DNA of 64,000 nucleotides from an uncultured delta proteobacterium (GTDB lineage Bacteria; Desulfobacterota; Binatia; HRBIN30; BPIQ01): NCBI GenBank assembly GCA_963761335.1, contig CAVXGR010000018.1, positions 736,001 to 800,000 of the forward strand, read 5' to 3'. Shown piece by piece: positions 9,665 to 18,480 of this stretch (position 1 is its first letter; each line of letters starts with the position of its first letter). The notes under the pieces were generated by a model. It saw only the letters and a program-made list of their open reading frames with translations, ran no database searches and was not told where the DNA came from. The position numbers and the translations under genes were made by a program.

Positions 9665-10168
9665 CTATGCGCCTTCGCGGGTGCGGCTGATTCCCAGTCC
9701 GGGCTCGGGCGGCAGGTTGTGCACCGCCGTGGGGAAGAGGTCGACCATGAAGTCGACCACGTCCCGCATCGACACCACCGCCACCGGACGGCCGTCCTTA
9801 TCCACGAGGGGCACGTGGCGGAATCCTCCGAGGCTCATCTTGTTGAGGGCGTAGGCGATGACGTCGTCGGGCGAGAGTGTTTCCGGATTGGCCGTCATCA
9901 CCGCTTCCACGGCGGTGCGTTCGGCGTCGAGGCGGGCCGGGACGACCTTGCGGAGGACGTCCCGCTCGGTGAAGATCCCCGCCAGCCGGCCGCCGTCCTC
10001 GATGAGGAGGCAGCCGACGCCGTTCTCGACCATGTGGCTCACGGCTTCGCTGATGCTCATGCCGCGCGGCACGGTGATCGGCGGCTGTAGGTTGAGGGCA
10101 CGAATCGGCTTGGTGAGAATTGCCGCTCCGAGGATTTGCTCTTCTTCGTAAAGGTCTTCGTCATGCAT
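9665..10168 (-). CDS. CBS domain pair protein
   Basis: GIFTERDVL, VMTANPETLSP, GGFRHVPLVD, VVSMRD. Confidence 0.9.
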   Translation of the reverse strand: MHDEDLYEEEQILGAAILTKPIRALNLQPPITVPRGMSISEAVSHMVENGVGCLLIEDGGRLAGIFTERDVLRKVVPARLDAERTAVEAVMTANPETLSPDDVIAYALNKMSLGGFRHVPLVDKDGRPVAVVSMRDVVDFMVDLFPTAVHNLPPEPGLGISRTREGA

Positions 10169-10242
10169 CCTGGCGGTCTCCCCGAGAGTTCTTTTGGCCG
10201 TCTATAGCACGAGGGGGAGCCAACGGAGAACAGAAAAGCGGA

Positions 10243-10386
10243 ACCGCCAAAGCGCCAAGAGGAGAGGAAAGGACGCCAAGAAAGGGGATCTCTCGGCGCC
10301 CGAGGAGTTCTCTTCTTGGCGTTCTTTCCTTTGGCTTGGCGCCTCTTCTCTTGGCGCTCTTCTTCAGTTCTTGTCTCCTTGGCGGT
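10243..10386. repeat. Palindromic CGCCAAG/CTTGGCG repeat cluster
   Basis: Several CGCCAA(G) units followed by several CTTGGCG units; bounded by ACCGCCAA...TTGGCGGT. Confidence 0.7.
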
Positions 10387-11872
10387 CCCCTGCGGCTTCG
10401 CAGCGGCTGATGGTGGCCTCGCGGTCGGGGGGCGGCGGCAGGGCGTAGCGGCGATTGTAGCGGCGTCCGCGCATGAGGACGCGCAGCGAGCGCAGCAGAA
10501 CGCGGGGCTCGCCGAAGGCCTCCTCGGGCGTCTGCATCATGTTCATCATGCGCAGGAAGGCCCGGAAGACGACGGGGTCGCAGCGCATTGCCGGTCCCAC
10601 GCCGTCCTCGAAGAAGCGCTGCTGGAGGCGATGGCGCAGGCGCCGTGGCGTCCGCCCCTCGGCGCGGCGCACGGCGTCGCGATCGGCGACCACCGACGCC
10701 CGATAAAAGGGTAAAATTTCCCGGCGGCCGCGCCGGTCGAGGGCGAGGGCCGCCTGCAGCGGGTCTCCGGGGTGCTCGTCGAGCGCCTGACGGAGGAAGT
10801 GCGCGTGCAGAAACCCCTGGGCGCAGCCGCGGCCGTAGAGGGGATTGGTGCAGTAGGCGGCATCGCCGAGCACAAACAGGCGCAACGCCAGCGGGCCGCG
10901 CTCGTCGACGAAGCGCCGCAGCCGATTGACCAGCCCGCCCATGGCGCGGACCGCGTGCCGTCCGCTCTCCATCGGCTCCGACACGGCGGCGTCGACCCAC
11001 GGGGCAAGCGCGGGGATGCAGCGCACCATCGTCTCGAACGCCGCCTCCCGCGCCAGCACCTTCAGTCGCGACTCGGTAAGCGGCACGGCGAGGGTGATGG
11101 AGAAGACTTCCTCGTCCGCCGGAAAGACGGCGTACTTCACCCAGTTGAAATCGGCGGCGGTGGGGTGTTCGGTCGGCGGCGGCTCGGCGGCGCCGGGCCG
11201 CAGGCGGTAGAAGCGTGTGTAGTAGACGATGCCCGAGGGCTCGCAGGTCTCCTCCGGCTCCCGCGCGCCAATTGCGGCCAGCCATTGCGGCGCCGTCGAG
11301 CGGCGGCCGCTGGCGTCGATTACCATGTCGGCTTCGAGGTCGCGCCAGGCGCCGGCGACGCCGCGATAGCGCAGGCCGCGCACCACCGGCGGATCGCCGG
11401 TCTCGGCGAGAAGCCCGTGCACCTGCGCGCCGCCGATGAAGTCGACTCGGCCGGTGCGCAGGGCGGCGTGGCGCAGCACCCATTCGAAGGTCGTACGGCG
11501 GCAGCCGAGGGCGACCAGGTCATCATCCCCCGGCTCGGGGCGAAGCGGTAGCAGCGCCTGCGGCGGCCGCTCGGTCATGTGCAGCGGGCGCGCCCCGGCC
11601 TCGAGAAGCGCCTGCAAGAGGTCCGGATATTCGTCGCGCAGCAGGTTGCGGAGGCGCCCGAGAAAGATATGCGAGTGACGCACCTGCGGCGCGCCGCGGC
11701 GCTCCCAGGTGCGGAAGGCCTCAGCGGCGCTGGGTGGAGAGGGCTCGGCGTCGCGTTCGACGATGCTGACGCGCGCGCCTCGGCGACTGAGGATCAGCGC
11801 CGCGGCCAACCCCGTGATGCCGCCGCCGACGACGGCGGCGTGCTCGCCGGCCGGTGTCGGCGGAACGCGCAT
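10364..11872 (-). CDS. FAD-dependent oxidoreductase (aromatic hydroxylase/halogenase-like fold)
   Basis: VVGGGITGL Rossmann motif, VIDASGRRS, LGDAAYCTNPLYGRG. Confidence 0.85.
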   Translation of the reverse strand: MRVPPTPAGEHAAVVGGGITGLAAALILSRRGARVSIVERDAEPSPPSAAEAFRTWERRGAPQVRHSHIFLGRLRNLLRDEYPDLLQALLEAGARPLHMTERPPQALLPLRPEPGDDDLVALGCRRTTFEWVLRHAALRTGRVDFIGGAQVHGLLAETGDPPVVRGLRYRGVAGAWRDLEADMVIDASGRRSTAPQWLAAIGAREPEETCEPSGIVYYTRFYRLRPGAAEPPPTEHPTAADFNWVKYAVFPADEEVFSITLAVPLTESRLKVLAREAAFETMVRCIPALAPWVDAAVSEPMESGRHAVRAMGGLVNRLRRFVDERGPLALRLFVLGDAAYCTNPLYGRGCAQGFLHAHFLRQALDEHPGDPLQAALALDRRGRREILPFYRASVVADRDAVRRAEGRTPRRLRHRLQQRFFEDGVGPAMRCDPVVFRAFLRMMNMMQTPEEAFGEPRVLLRSLRVLMRGRRYNRRYALPPPPDREATISRCEAAGDRQGDKN

Positions 11873-11930
11873 CGGAGAGGGATCGGGCGGCGGCGGGTCG
11901 CCGAGGAGCGCCGCCGCCGCCGTCCCCGGA

Positions 11931-13007
11931 TCAGCCGCCGACGGGCAGCTCGTGCTTGCTGTCGAAGCGCTCGCCGTAGACGATACCGACGCGGCGGTAG
12001 GCGTCCTCGGTGCGCTCGGTGATCAATCCGAGCCGCTTCAGGTTGGGCACCACCGTGTGCATGTAGATCTCGCTGTTGATCGCCGGCCATTCGGGCATGG
12101 AGAGGACGACCTGGGCGACGCTGTCCGGATCGAGGCCGTACTTCGGTCCGAGCAGGCGCAGCATGTCGAGCTGCTGGTTGGCGTTGAGCGCCTCGAGAAT
12201 CGAGTAGGCGAAGTCCTCCATCTCGTCGAGCTCCTCGGGGCTGGAGTCGCGCACCACCTGGCGCATGGAGAGGATGCCGAAGGCGGCGTGGCGCGACTCG
12301 TCGATCTGCACGCGGCGGATGATGTCCTTGAGCAGCGGGTTGTCGGTGGCCTTGGCGATCTCGTCGAAGATACCGACGGCCATTCCCTCGAACAGCGTCT
12401 GCATGCCCAGCGTCTTCATCTTCCAGGTCGGCGCCTCGAGCAGCTTGTCGAGCAGGAGCTTGAGCGTCGGGCTGATCGGATGGAGGGTGCCCATCTTGCG
12501 GTGCAGGAACTTGGAGAGCACCTCGACGTGGCGCACCTCGTCGATCACCTGCGAGCCGGCGTAGAACTTGGCGTCCATCGTCGGGCAGGCGTTGGTCAGC
12601 TGGCCGCAGAGCTGCATCGCCGCCTGCTCGCCGTGCAGCAGCTGCGAGAGCAGGTGCGCGAACTCGTCGAAGGCCGCCTCGCGGCAGGTCTCCTCGTCGA
12701 CGCCCATCTGGGTCAGCAGGGTGGGCATCAGCAGGGCGTTCTCGCGCGGCATGAACCACTTGTCGCGGGGAAACGGCTGCGACCAATCGATGTCGGTCTC
12801 GGCGTTCCACTGGCCCTTCTTGCCGCGCTCGTACAGGTTGCGCAGCTCTTCCACTTCGCTGGCGTACTCCCAGGTCCAGTGCAGGTCGAGGGGCACGTCG
12901 ACGTCGATCTTCTGGCGAAGGGCGTCGACCTCGCCCTCGTCGACGAAGTCGACGACGGCAAAGTCGCCGAGCTGGCGGCGGTGGTCGTTGAGAATGGTGG
13001 TCGGCAT
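11931..13007 (-). CDS. Ferritin-like di-iron carboxylate protein (AurF-like/ferritin-like domain)
   Basis: GEQAA, DEVRH, FEGMA and DESRH di-iron ligand pattern. Confidence 0.82.
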   Translation of the reverse strand: MPTTILNDHRRQLGDFAVVDFVDEGEVDALRQKIDVDVPLDLHWTWEYASEVEELRNLYERGKKGQWNAETDIDWSQPFPRDKWFMPRENALLMPTLLTQMGVDEETCREAAFDEFAHLLSQLLHGEQAAMQLCGQLTNACPTMDAKFYAGSQVIDEVRHVEVLSKFLHRKMGTLHPISPTLKLLLDKLLEAPTWKMKTLGMQTLFEGMAVGIFDEIAKATDNPLLKDIIRRVQIDESRHAAFGILSMRQVVRDSSPEELDEMEDFAYSILEALNANQQLDMLRLLGPKYGLDPDSVAQVVLSMPEWPAINSEIYMHTVVPNLKRLGLITERTEDAYRRVGIVYGERFDSKHELPVGG

Positions 13008-13034
13008 CGATCTTCCTCCTCGGGTCGGATGGTT

Positions 13035-13679
13035 TCAGCCTCGCGCGCCGCGGGCGGTGAGCCCGTGGTGCAGGAGGGCGCGGACTTCCTGTTTTCGTTT
13101 GCGAACCTGGGCCGGGCTGAACAGCGACTGGCCGAGCAGCTCCTCGCCGAACTCGCCGGTGGCGAAATGGTAGACGGTCAGGCCGACGATCGACTGCAGC
13201 GTGTGGGGGATGCTGGCGAGCCGGAAGACGCCGGTCTCCATCCCCTCGCGCAGCAGGTTGCCGACGGCGGTGAAGGCGCGCTTGATGGTGCGGTCGGCGT
13301 GCTGCTCCTCTTCGCTGGCACCGGTGAGATCGTCGTCCTCGAAGAGCGAGCGCAGCAGCAGGCGGGGCGCGGTCGGATGCTCGGCGAGGGTGTCGATGAG
13401 CGTGTCCAGCCAGCGATCCAGGCGTGCCAGCGGCTCGCCGCCGGCGGCGAGGGCCGCCGTCAGGCGCTGCTCCAGGAGATCGAGAATCCGGCCGACCACC
13501 GCGGCGTAGAGCTCCGCCTTGCTGCGGAAATGATGGAAGAGGGATGACTTGCCCAGACCGGCGACCTCGGCGACCTCGCGCATGCCGATGCCCGCAAAGC
13601 CGCGCTGGGCGAACAGGGCTTCAGCGGCGTCGAGGATCTTGTCGCGCGAGCCGCTCTCGAGCGAAGAAGGTTGCACCAT
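13035..13679 (-). CDS. TetR/AcrR family transcriptional regulator
   Basis: ILDAAEALFAQRGF...REVAEVAGLGKSSLFHHFRSKAEL HTH; start taken at MVQPSS. Confidence 0.92.
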   Translation of the reverse strand: MVQPSSLESGSRDKILDAAEALFAQRGFAGIGMREVAEVAGLGKSSLFHHFRSKAELYAAVVGRILDLLEQRLTAALAAGGEPLARLDRWLDTLIDTLAEHPTAPRLLLRSLFEDDDLTGASEEEQHADRTIKRAFTAVGNLLREGMETGVFRLASIPHTLQSIVGLTVYHFATGEFGEELLGQSLFSPAQVRKRKQEVRALLHHGLTARGARG

Positions 13680-13686
13680 CAAAATG

Positions 13687-13732
13687 ACCGACCGATCGGT
13701 CCACAATTGCCGATCGACCGGTCGGTTGTCAA
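13687..13732 (-). promoter_or_regulatory. tetR promoter with two operator palindromes
   Basis: ACCGACCGATCGGT (13687-13700) and ATCGACCGGTCGGT (13713-13726), each one mismatch from the palindrome ACCGACCGGTCGGT; TTGACA on the minus strand at 13727-13732. Confidence 0.75.
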
Positions 13733-13784
13733 GGGGCTTTGGGAGCGCTTGGGGAGCGCTTTGGAGCGAGGCCGTTCCGGCCAT

Positions 13785-14116
13785 CTGCTTCGAAAATCTG
13801 TTGGGTGTGCGCTTCGGGGGCGCGTTCCCTCTCCCGCATTACTTGGCGGGAGAGGTTCAGGGTGAGGGAGCCGATCTCTGTGAAGGCCGTGGAGATTCAC
13901 GAGCTCTCAGTGAGAGGTGCAAGCGGGCACATGGGTAACAGGAACCCCTCACCTTGATCCTCTCCCCGCGGAAAGATGCGGGGAGAGGAGACCCGCCCCC
14001 GCGGCGCGGAAGAATCATCGCACGCGTCTGATCGGTGAATCAGGACGCCGTCCGTTTTCATCGTCTGTTGGTGAGCCGCAGGCTCATGACGCACTGCTTC
14101 GAAAATCTGTTGGGTG
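13785..14116. repeat. Dispersed composite repeat copy A, bounded by 23 bp direct repeats CTGCTTCGAAAATCTGTTGGGTG
   Basis: Direct repeats at 13785-13807 and 14094-14116; internal CCCTCTCCC...GGGAGAGG hairpins; homologous to 47073-47281. Confidence 0.85.
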
Positions 14117-14154
14117 GCAGCCGTGTATCGCCAACGGCCCCTTCGGCGAAGGAA

Positions 14155-14223
14155 GGTTGTTAGGTTGTTGCGTTGTTGGTTGTTGGCAAGAAGGAGAGTG
14201 ACCCAACCCAACAACCAACAACC
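14155..14223. repeat. GGTTGTT/AACAACC periodic inverted repeat
   Basis: ggttgttaggttgttgcgttgttggttgttgg ... ccaacccaacaaccaacaacc. Confidence 0.7.
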
Positions 14224-14300
14224 TGCCCGCTGCCAACGAACATCCAGTTGGGCAAAGCCGGTTTCAACCAGAGCCCTTCCGCCCTGCGGTTGGGAAATTT

Positions 14301-14687
14301 TCAGACCGGAAAGATTTTGATCGACAGAGCCGCCGCTGCTTTCAACATGCGATCATCGTAGCTTGCGAGCTGAATCGCTTGGCCCTGCTGCCGCAGAAAG
14401 TCGAGAGACGCCAGATGCAGGGCGTCCAGAGTCCGTACTGGCGTCGGAAAGGGCTCGAGAGCACGGGTCAGCACCGGTGGCAGAAGCTCCAGAAGCGCGA
14501 CGCGACCGATCAACTTGCGCGCCGACTCGCCATGCGAAGCCCCGAGCCTTCTGGCGTGCAATCGCGTCCAGATCTCGTATTCGAGGAGGCGACTCGAGGC
14601 GAGCTCTGCTCCCCAGAGCTCGTTCGGTGGAGTGCGATCTTCCGCCAAAAGGTGAGCCAGAGCGACCGACGTATCGAGGTAAATCAT
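14301..14687 (-). CDS. vapC: VapC-like PIN domain toxin
   Basis: MIYLDTSV, LLEYE, RTLDALHLA and SYDDRM acidic PIN motifs; ATGA overlap with the antitoxin. Confidence 0.88.
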   Translation of the reverse strand: MIYLDTSVALAHLLAEDRTPPNELWGAELASSRLLEYEIWTRLHARRLGASHGESARKLIGRVALLELLPPVLTRALEPFPTPVRTLDALHLASLDFLRQQGQAIQLASYDDRMLKAAAALSIKIFPV

Positions 14688-14974
14688 CGATCGGCACGGT
14701 CGCGAGCCAACTCGACCAGCAGGTCTGCGAGCTTGGCGACGGCTTGTCGCGGCGGAGCTTCACCGGGCGGCAGGAGCGGAGGCCGCAACCACCCTCTTCG
14801 CACTGCTTCAGCCAACTGGGCATCGCCGAGCAACGTCGCCCGATCGGCGCGGGGGGGCACGATCTCCGCGACGACGCGGTCGCGATCGGTCACCAGAACC
14901 GTCTCGCCACGCTCAGCCAGCCGGACGTACTCGCTGAGCCTGTTCTTGAGGGTTTTCAGACCGACGGAACGCAT
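14684..14974 (-). CDS. Phd/YefM family antitoxin
   Basis: MRSVGLKTLKNRLSEYVRLAERGETVLVTDRDRVVAEIVP. Confidence 0.88.
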   Translation of the reverse strand: MRSVGLKTLKNRLSEYVRLAERGETVLVTDRDRVVAEIVPPRADRATLLGDAQLAEAVRRGWLRPPLLPPGEAPPRQAVAKLADLLVELARDRADR

Positions 14975-14979
14975 GGCGA

Positions 14980-15010
14980 CAAGGTAGCTTCCGGAAGCTA
15001 CCTTGGTCAA
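14980..15010 (-). promoter_or_regulatory. TA promoter with perfect 26 bp palindromic operator, probably leaderless
   Basis: CAAGGTAGCTTCCGGAAGCTACCTTG (14980-15005); minus strand reads TTGACC-N18-TACCTT-N6-ATG. Confidence 0.75.
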
Positions 15011-15125
15011 GGAGCCGCAAATTCAGGAGCGGCAAATTCAAAATCACCCACTGCCGCAAGCGACGCCGGCTTGAATGATCTGCACCAGCGCGACACAACC
15101 ATCACCGAGCCCGACGCGCAGCCGT

Positions 15126-15219
15126 CGCGAGCCGCTCCCGAGCGAAGAAGGTTGCCCCATCAAGATGACAGAGCCGGTCGGCTTACAATCGCCGATCGAC
15201 AGGTCGGTCGTCAGGGGGC
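15126..15219 (-). repeat. Decayed duplicate of the tetR promoter/operator and first ~12 codons
   Basis: Aligns by eye to 13645-13737 with ~13 differences over ~94 nt. Confidence 0.85.
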
Positions 15220-18093
15220 ATTTTTCGCGGCGCTGAGTGCGCCGCCGGAGCGCGCTCCTTCCCGAGGGCCGTGGTCGAGCTGCGCCAGGCTCGACGCGGC
15301 GCGTCGCTCGTACAGCCGGGCGCCTTGCTGCCGCGCGATCTGGCGCGCCTGCTGGAAGCAGGCTGCCGCCTGCGGTCGCGCGCCGCGACTCCCCCGCAAA
15401 AGGATCAGCTCTCCTTTGAGTCGCTGCAGCTCGGCGTCGTACCAGCGGAGGCCCGTCGGCCGTGTGTCATCCCAAACCCGCTCCGCCATCGCCAGGCCCT
15501 CGTCGGGGAGGCTGGCCATGCAGCAGGCGTCGAGGAGAAACAGCGGCGCCGCCGGCGCCGCCGACGAGTCGCGGGCGCGCAGGTAGTCTTCCCAGGCGTT
15601 CCGAATGCGTTCTCCGGCGTCCTCTCGATCGCCGCGGGTGAACGCGAGCCAGAGTCGTTGCGGTGCGACGATGTCGATCATGGACGCGAACTGGTGCTCC
15701 GTTGCGATCGCCAGCCCGCGGTCGCTCACCGCCTGCGCCAGCTCGAGGTCGCCGCGCAGGCAGAGCACTCCGGCCACCGACAGCAGCCTTCCCGCGACGT
15801 AGTTCGGGTGCAGGCGCCCCTCGCAGAGATCGATGGTTTGCCGAAGGTGGAACATCGCCTGCTCCGGCGCGCCGAGAAGGAGCAGCGCCATTCCGAGGTT
15901 CCCATGGATGCGGGTGCCGACCTCCCGCCACCGGTGCTGGAACCCGGGAAAGCTCGCGGCGGCGGGCGGATCGCCATCGCCGTAGAGCTGATGGGCGCGG
16001 GTCGTGTCCTCCGCTCCCGCGGCGAAGCGCCCCTGCATGATCGCCACCGACCCCCGGGCCAGGTATGCCTCCATCTGCTGTGCCGGGTCTCCGTGCTCGG
16101 CGAGCTCGACCAGGCGATCGGTGATCGGCTCCGCGAGGGCGGGAAGCGAGCGCAGAACGTGGATCTGCGCCAGCGTCAGCTGCAGCCGGAAGAAATCCGG
16201 GCCCTGGGTGATACAGGCGGCGAGGCTCTCGATCCGAGACAGATTTCCCTGCTCTTCCTCCGGCCTCTGCGGCTCGGTCATCAAGCGGGCGCGCACCAGG
16301 CCCAAGCGGGCCTGCAGCTCCTGGAGATCTCGCCCGGCATCCGGCGGTAGATCCTCGAGGTGCCGCAGCGCGGCGCCGAAGTGGGAGGCTGCCTCGTGCT
16401 CGGCGAAACGGCGGCGCGCCTGGCGGGCCGCCTGGATGAAGTGCGCGGCCGCCCTCGCCGAGTCGCCACTGCGATCGAAGTGCGCCGCCAGCTCCGCCGC
16501 CATGCGGGAGGAGTTGCCGGCGTACACCTGCTCCAGGCGCTCGCCGATGCGCTGATGAAATCTCCGCCGGCGCGCCTCGGGGAGTCTCTCGTAGAGCACC
16601 TGCCGATAGAGCTCGTGCCGGAACGCGTAGCGGGAGGTTCGGCTGCCGTCCGGCCAGGTCTCGGCACCGGCTTCGCGGAGGAGATGCCAGCGCTCGACCA
16701 GGCGCTCGCAGCGGTACTCCACGGCCTCGACCCCCTCGGGGCCGCTGTCTCCGAGTGCGGTCGCGACGCTCGCCGTCCGAAATTCCAGGGCCGCCGCGCT
16801 TGCGGCTTCCAGGACCTCCAGCTCCGCCATACCCACCGAGTCGAGCTGCAGCTCGATCATGCCGCGCAGGTTCGGGGGGATGTCGCACAGATCTTGGTCG
16901 CGGACCTTGTCGATCAGGTCTGTTCCGGAGGCGCCGGCAACGACGATACCGCGTTCGAGCAGATGATCGACGATGGATGCGAGGAAGAGCGGATTGCCCT
17001 CGCTGCGCGCGTGAAACCGCCCGGCCAGCGATTTGGCCAGGTCCGGCGAGGAGAGCCGCTGCGCCAGAAACGCCTTCACATCGGCCGGAGTGAACATCTC
17101 CAGGCTGAGCCTCGTGCAGGCGTCGCGGGCCCAGAGGCGCCGGGCGACATCGACGATCGGGTGCCCGCAGGCGATTGCCCGCGCCGGCTGGTAGATGCAG
17201 ACGACCAGCAATCGAGCCGGCTCGGTGCGCTGGGCAACCGACCCGAGCAGGTCAATGGTCGCCGTGTCGGCCCAGTGAAGATCCTCGAGGACCACCACGA
17301 CCGGCCGCTCGCCGGCCACCACCTCGAGGGCGCGCGCCATCTCCCGGAGCATGCGAGCGTGGGTTGCGTCGCCGGCGGAGTCCTCCAGATCGCGAGCCTC
17401 TTCCGGGCTCAGCAGCCACGGGATCTGGGCGAGCCAGGTGGGTGCATAGCGGCGCAGCGCGTCGATTGCCGCCGGTTCGCCGCGCAGCAGATGGTCGAGC
17501 GCCTCGAGCACCGCCAGGTACGGCTCGACGCTGCCCCCCTGCTGGACACATTGTGCCCGCACGACCATCGACCCGTCGCCGGCGTGCTCGGCGAGAAAGG
17601 CGTTCACCAACGCCGTCTTGCCGATGCCGGGATCTCCCTCGACGAAGACGATCTGGCGGGCGCCGCCGTGAGCGAGCGCCAGTCGCTCGTTGAGCTGGCG
17701 GCGCTCGGCGTCGCGTCCGACGAACAGCGCCGCGTCCTCGGCGGCCACCAGCGGCGTGCTGTCTGCCGGGTACGGGCTGGCAATGAAACGGAAGCCGCGC
17801 CGATGGACGGTCTCGATGTAGCGCGGGGCGCGGGCGTCGTCGCCCAGGGCGGTGCGCAGTCGACGAACCGCCTGGCTGAGCGCCATGTCGCTGACCGCCA
17901 CTCCCGGCCACGCGGCTGCCAGGATCTCGTCCTTGGTGACCACCTCGCCGGGGCGCTCGATCAGGCACATCAGCAGCGCCCATGCCTGCGGTACCACGTC
18001 GATCGGCTGGCCGTTCCGCCAGAGGCGACATGCGGCGCGGTCGACGCGGTGCTCACCGATTCGCATTAGCCCCTGGTTGACGTTGACGTTCAT
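15211..18093 (-). CDS. Winged-helix (OmpR/ToxR-type) + AAA ATPase + TPR transcriptional regulator (STAND-like)
   Basis: LRTALGDDARAPRYIETVHRRGFRF wHTH; FVGRDAE, GDPGIGKT Walker A, VVLEDLHWAD Walker B, SEGNPLF, YAFRHELYR. Confidence 0.9.
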   Translation of the reverse strand: MNVNVNQGLMRIGEHRVDRAACRLWRNGQPIDVVPQAWALLMCLIERPGEVVTKDEILAAAWPGVAVSDMALSQAVRRLRTALGDDARAPRYIETVHRRGFRFIASPYPADSTPLVAAEDAALFVGRDAERRQLNERLALAHGGARQIVFVEGDPGIGKTALVNAFLAEHAGDGSMVVRAQCVQQGGSVEPYLAVLEALDHLLRGEPAAIDALRRYAPTWLAQIPWLLSPEEARDLEDSAGDATHARMLREMARALEVVAGERPVVVVLEDLHWADTATIDLLGSVAQRTEPARLLVVCIYQPARAIACGHPIVDVARRLWARDACTRLSLEMFTPADVKAFLAQRLSSPDLAKSLAGRFHARSEGNPLFLASIVDHLLERGIVVAGASGTDLIDKVRDQDLCDIPPNLRGMIELQLDSVGMAELEVLEAASAAALEFRTASVATALGDSGPEGVEAVEYRCERLVERWHLLREAGAETWPDGSRTSRYAFRHELYRQVLYERLPEARRRRFHQRIGERLEQVYAGNSSRMAAELAAHFDRSGDSARAAAHFIQAARQARRRFAEHEAASHFGAALRHLEDLPPDAGRDLQELQARLGLVRARLMTEPQRPEEEQGNLSRIESLAACITQGPDFFRLQLTLAQIHVLRSLPALAEPITDRLVELAEHGDPAQQMEAYLARGSVAIMQGRFAAGAEDTTRAHQLYGDGDPPAAASFPGFQHRWREVGTRIHGNLGMALLLLGAPEQAMFHLRQTIDLCEGRLHPNYVAGRLLSVAGVLCLRGDLELAQAVSDRGLAIATEHQFASMIDIVAPQRLWLAFTRGDREDAGERIRNAWEDYLRARDSSAAPAAPLFLLDACCMASLPDEGLAMAERVWDDTRPTGLRWYDAELQRLKGELILLRGSRGARPQAAACFQQARQIARQQGARLYERRAASSLAQLDHGPREGARSGGALSAAKNAP

Positions 18094-18240
18094 CAGTGTC
18101 CGCGGGGTTTTGCGCCCTTCAGATTGGAATGGCCCGGTGAGAACCGAGGCATCATAACCCGAAATCCGGAAAAGGCGAAGTCAAAGAAAAGTAAGAATTT
18201 GGGCAAGACTTGGAGAACGGCATCGTCAGAAAGTAGGCGC

Positions 18241-18480
18241 GTGGCGAAGAAGTACTGCGGCTCGCGCGACCCGGACGCCAGTGCGCTTCGGTTCCCGCCG
18301 GATCGCGCCTTTGTGGTGCAACTGTCTGCGGCGGAGCGCAGCAGCAAGCCGACCCGAGGCCGTGTCGAGCACGTGCTGACCGGCCGCAGCACGCGTTTCG
18401 AGACTCTGGAAGCCCTGGCGGAGTTCTTTGGCGAGGTGCTGGCGCTCGCCCGCACCCGGCACGGCGACGAGGAGGAGTAG
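18241..18480 (+). CDS. Small hypothetical protein (AFVVQL...GRVEHV motif)
   Basis: GTG 18241 in frame with ORF 18124..18480; compact globular-looking sequence; stop abuts the next start. Confidence 0.6.
   Translation: MAKKYCGSRDPDASALRFPPDRAFVVQLSAAERSSKPTRGRVEHVLTGRSTRFETLEALAEFFGEVLALARTRHGDEEE

Noticed and set aside
13785..14116. 23 bp direct repeats as a CRISPR array
   Set aside because: Only two copies per locus, spacers of 160-290 bp that are themselves repeated, and no cas genes
18170..18220. AAGA repeats as wHTH binding sites
   Set aside because: Spacing irregular (9, 12, 8 nt), so it cannot be supported
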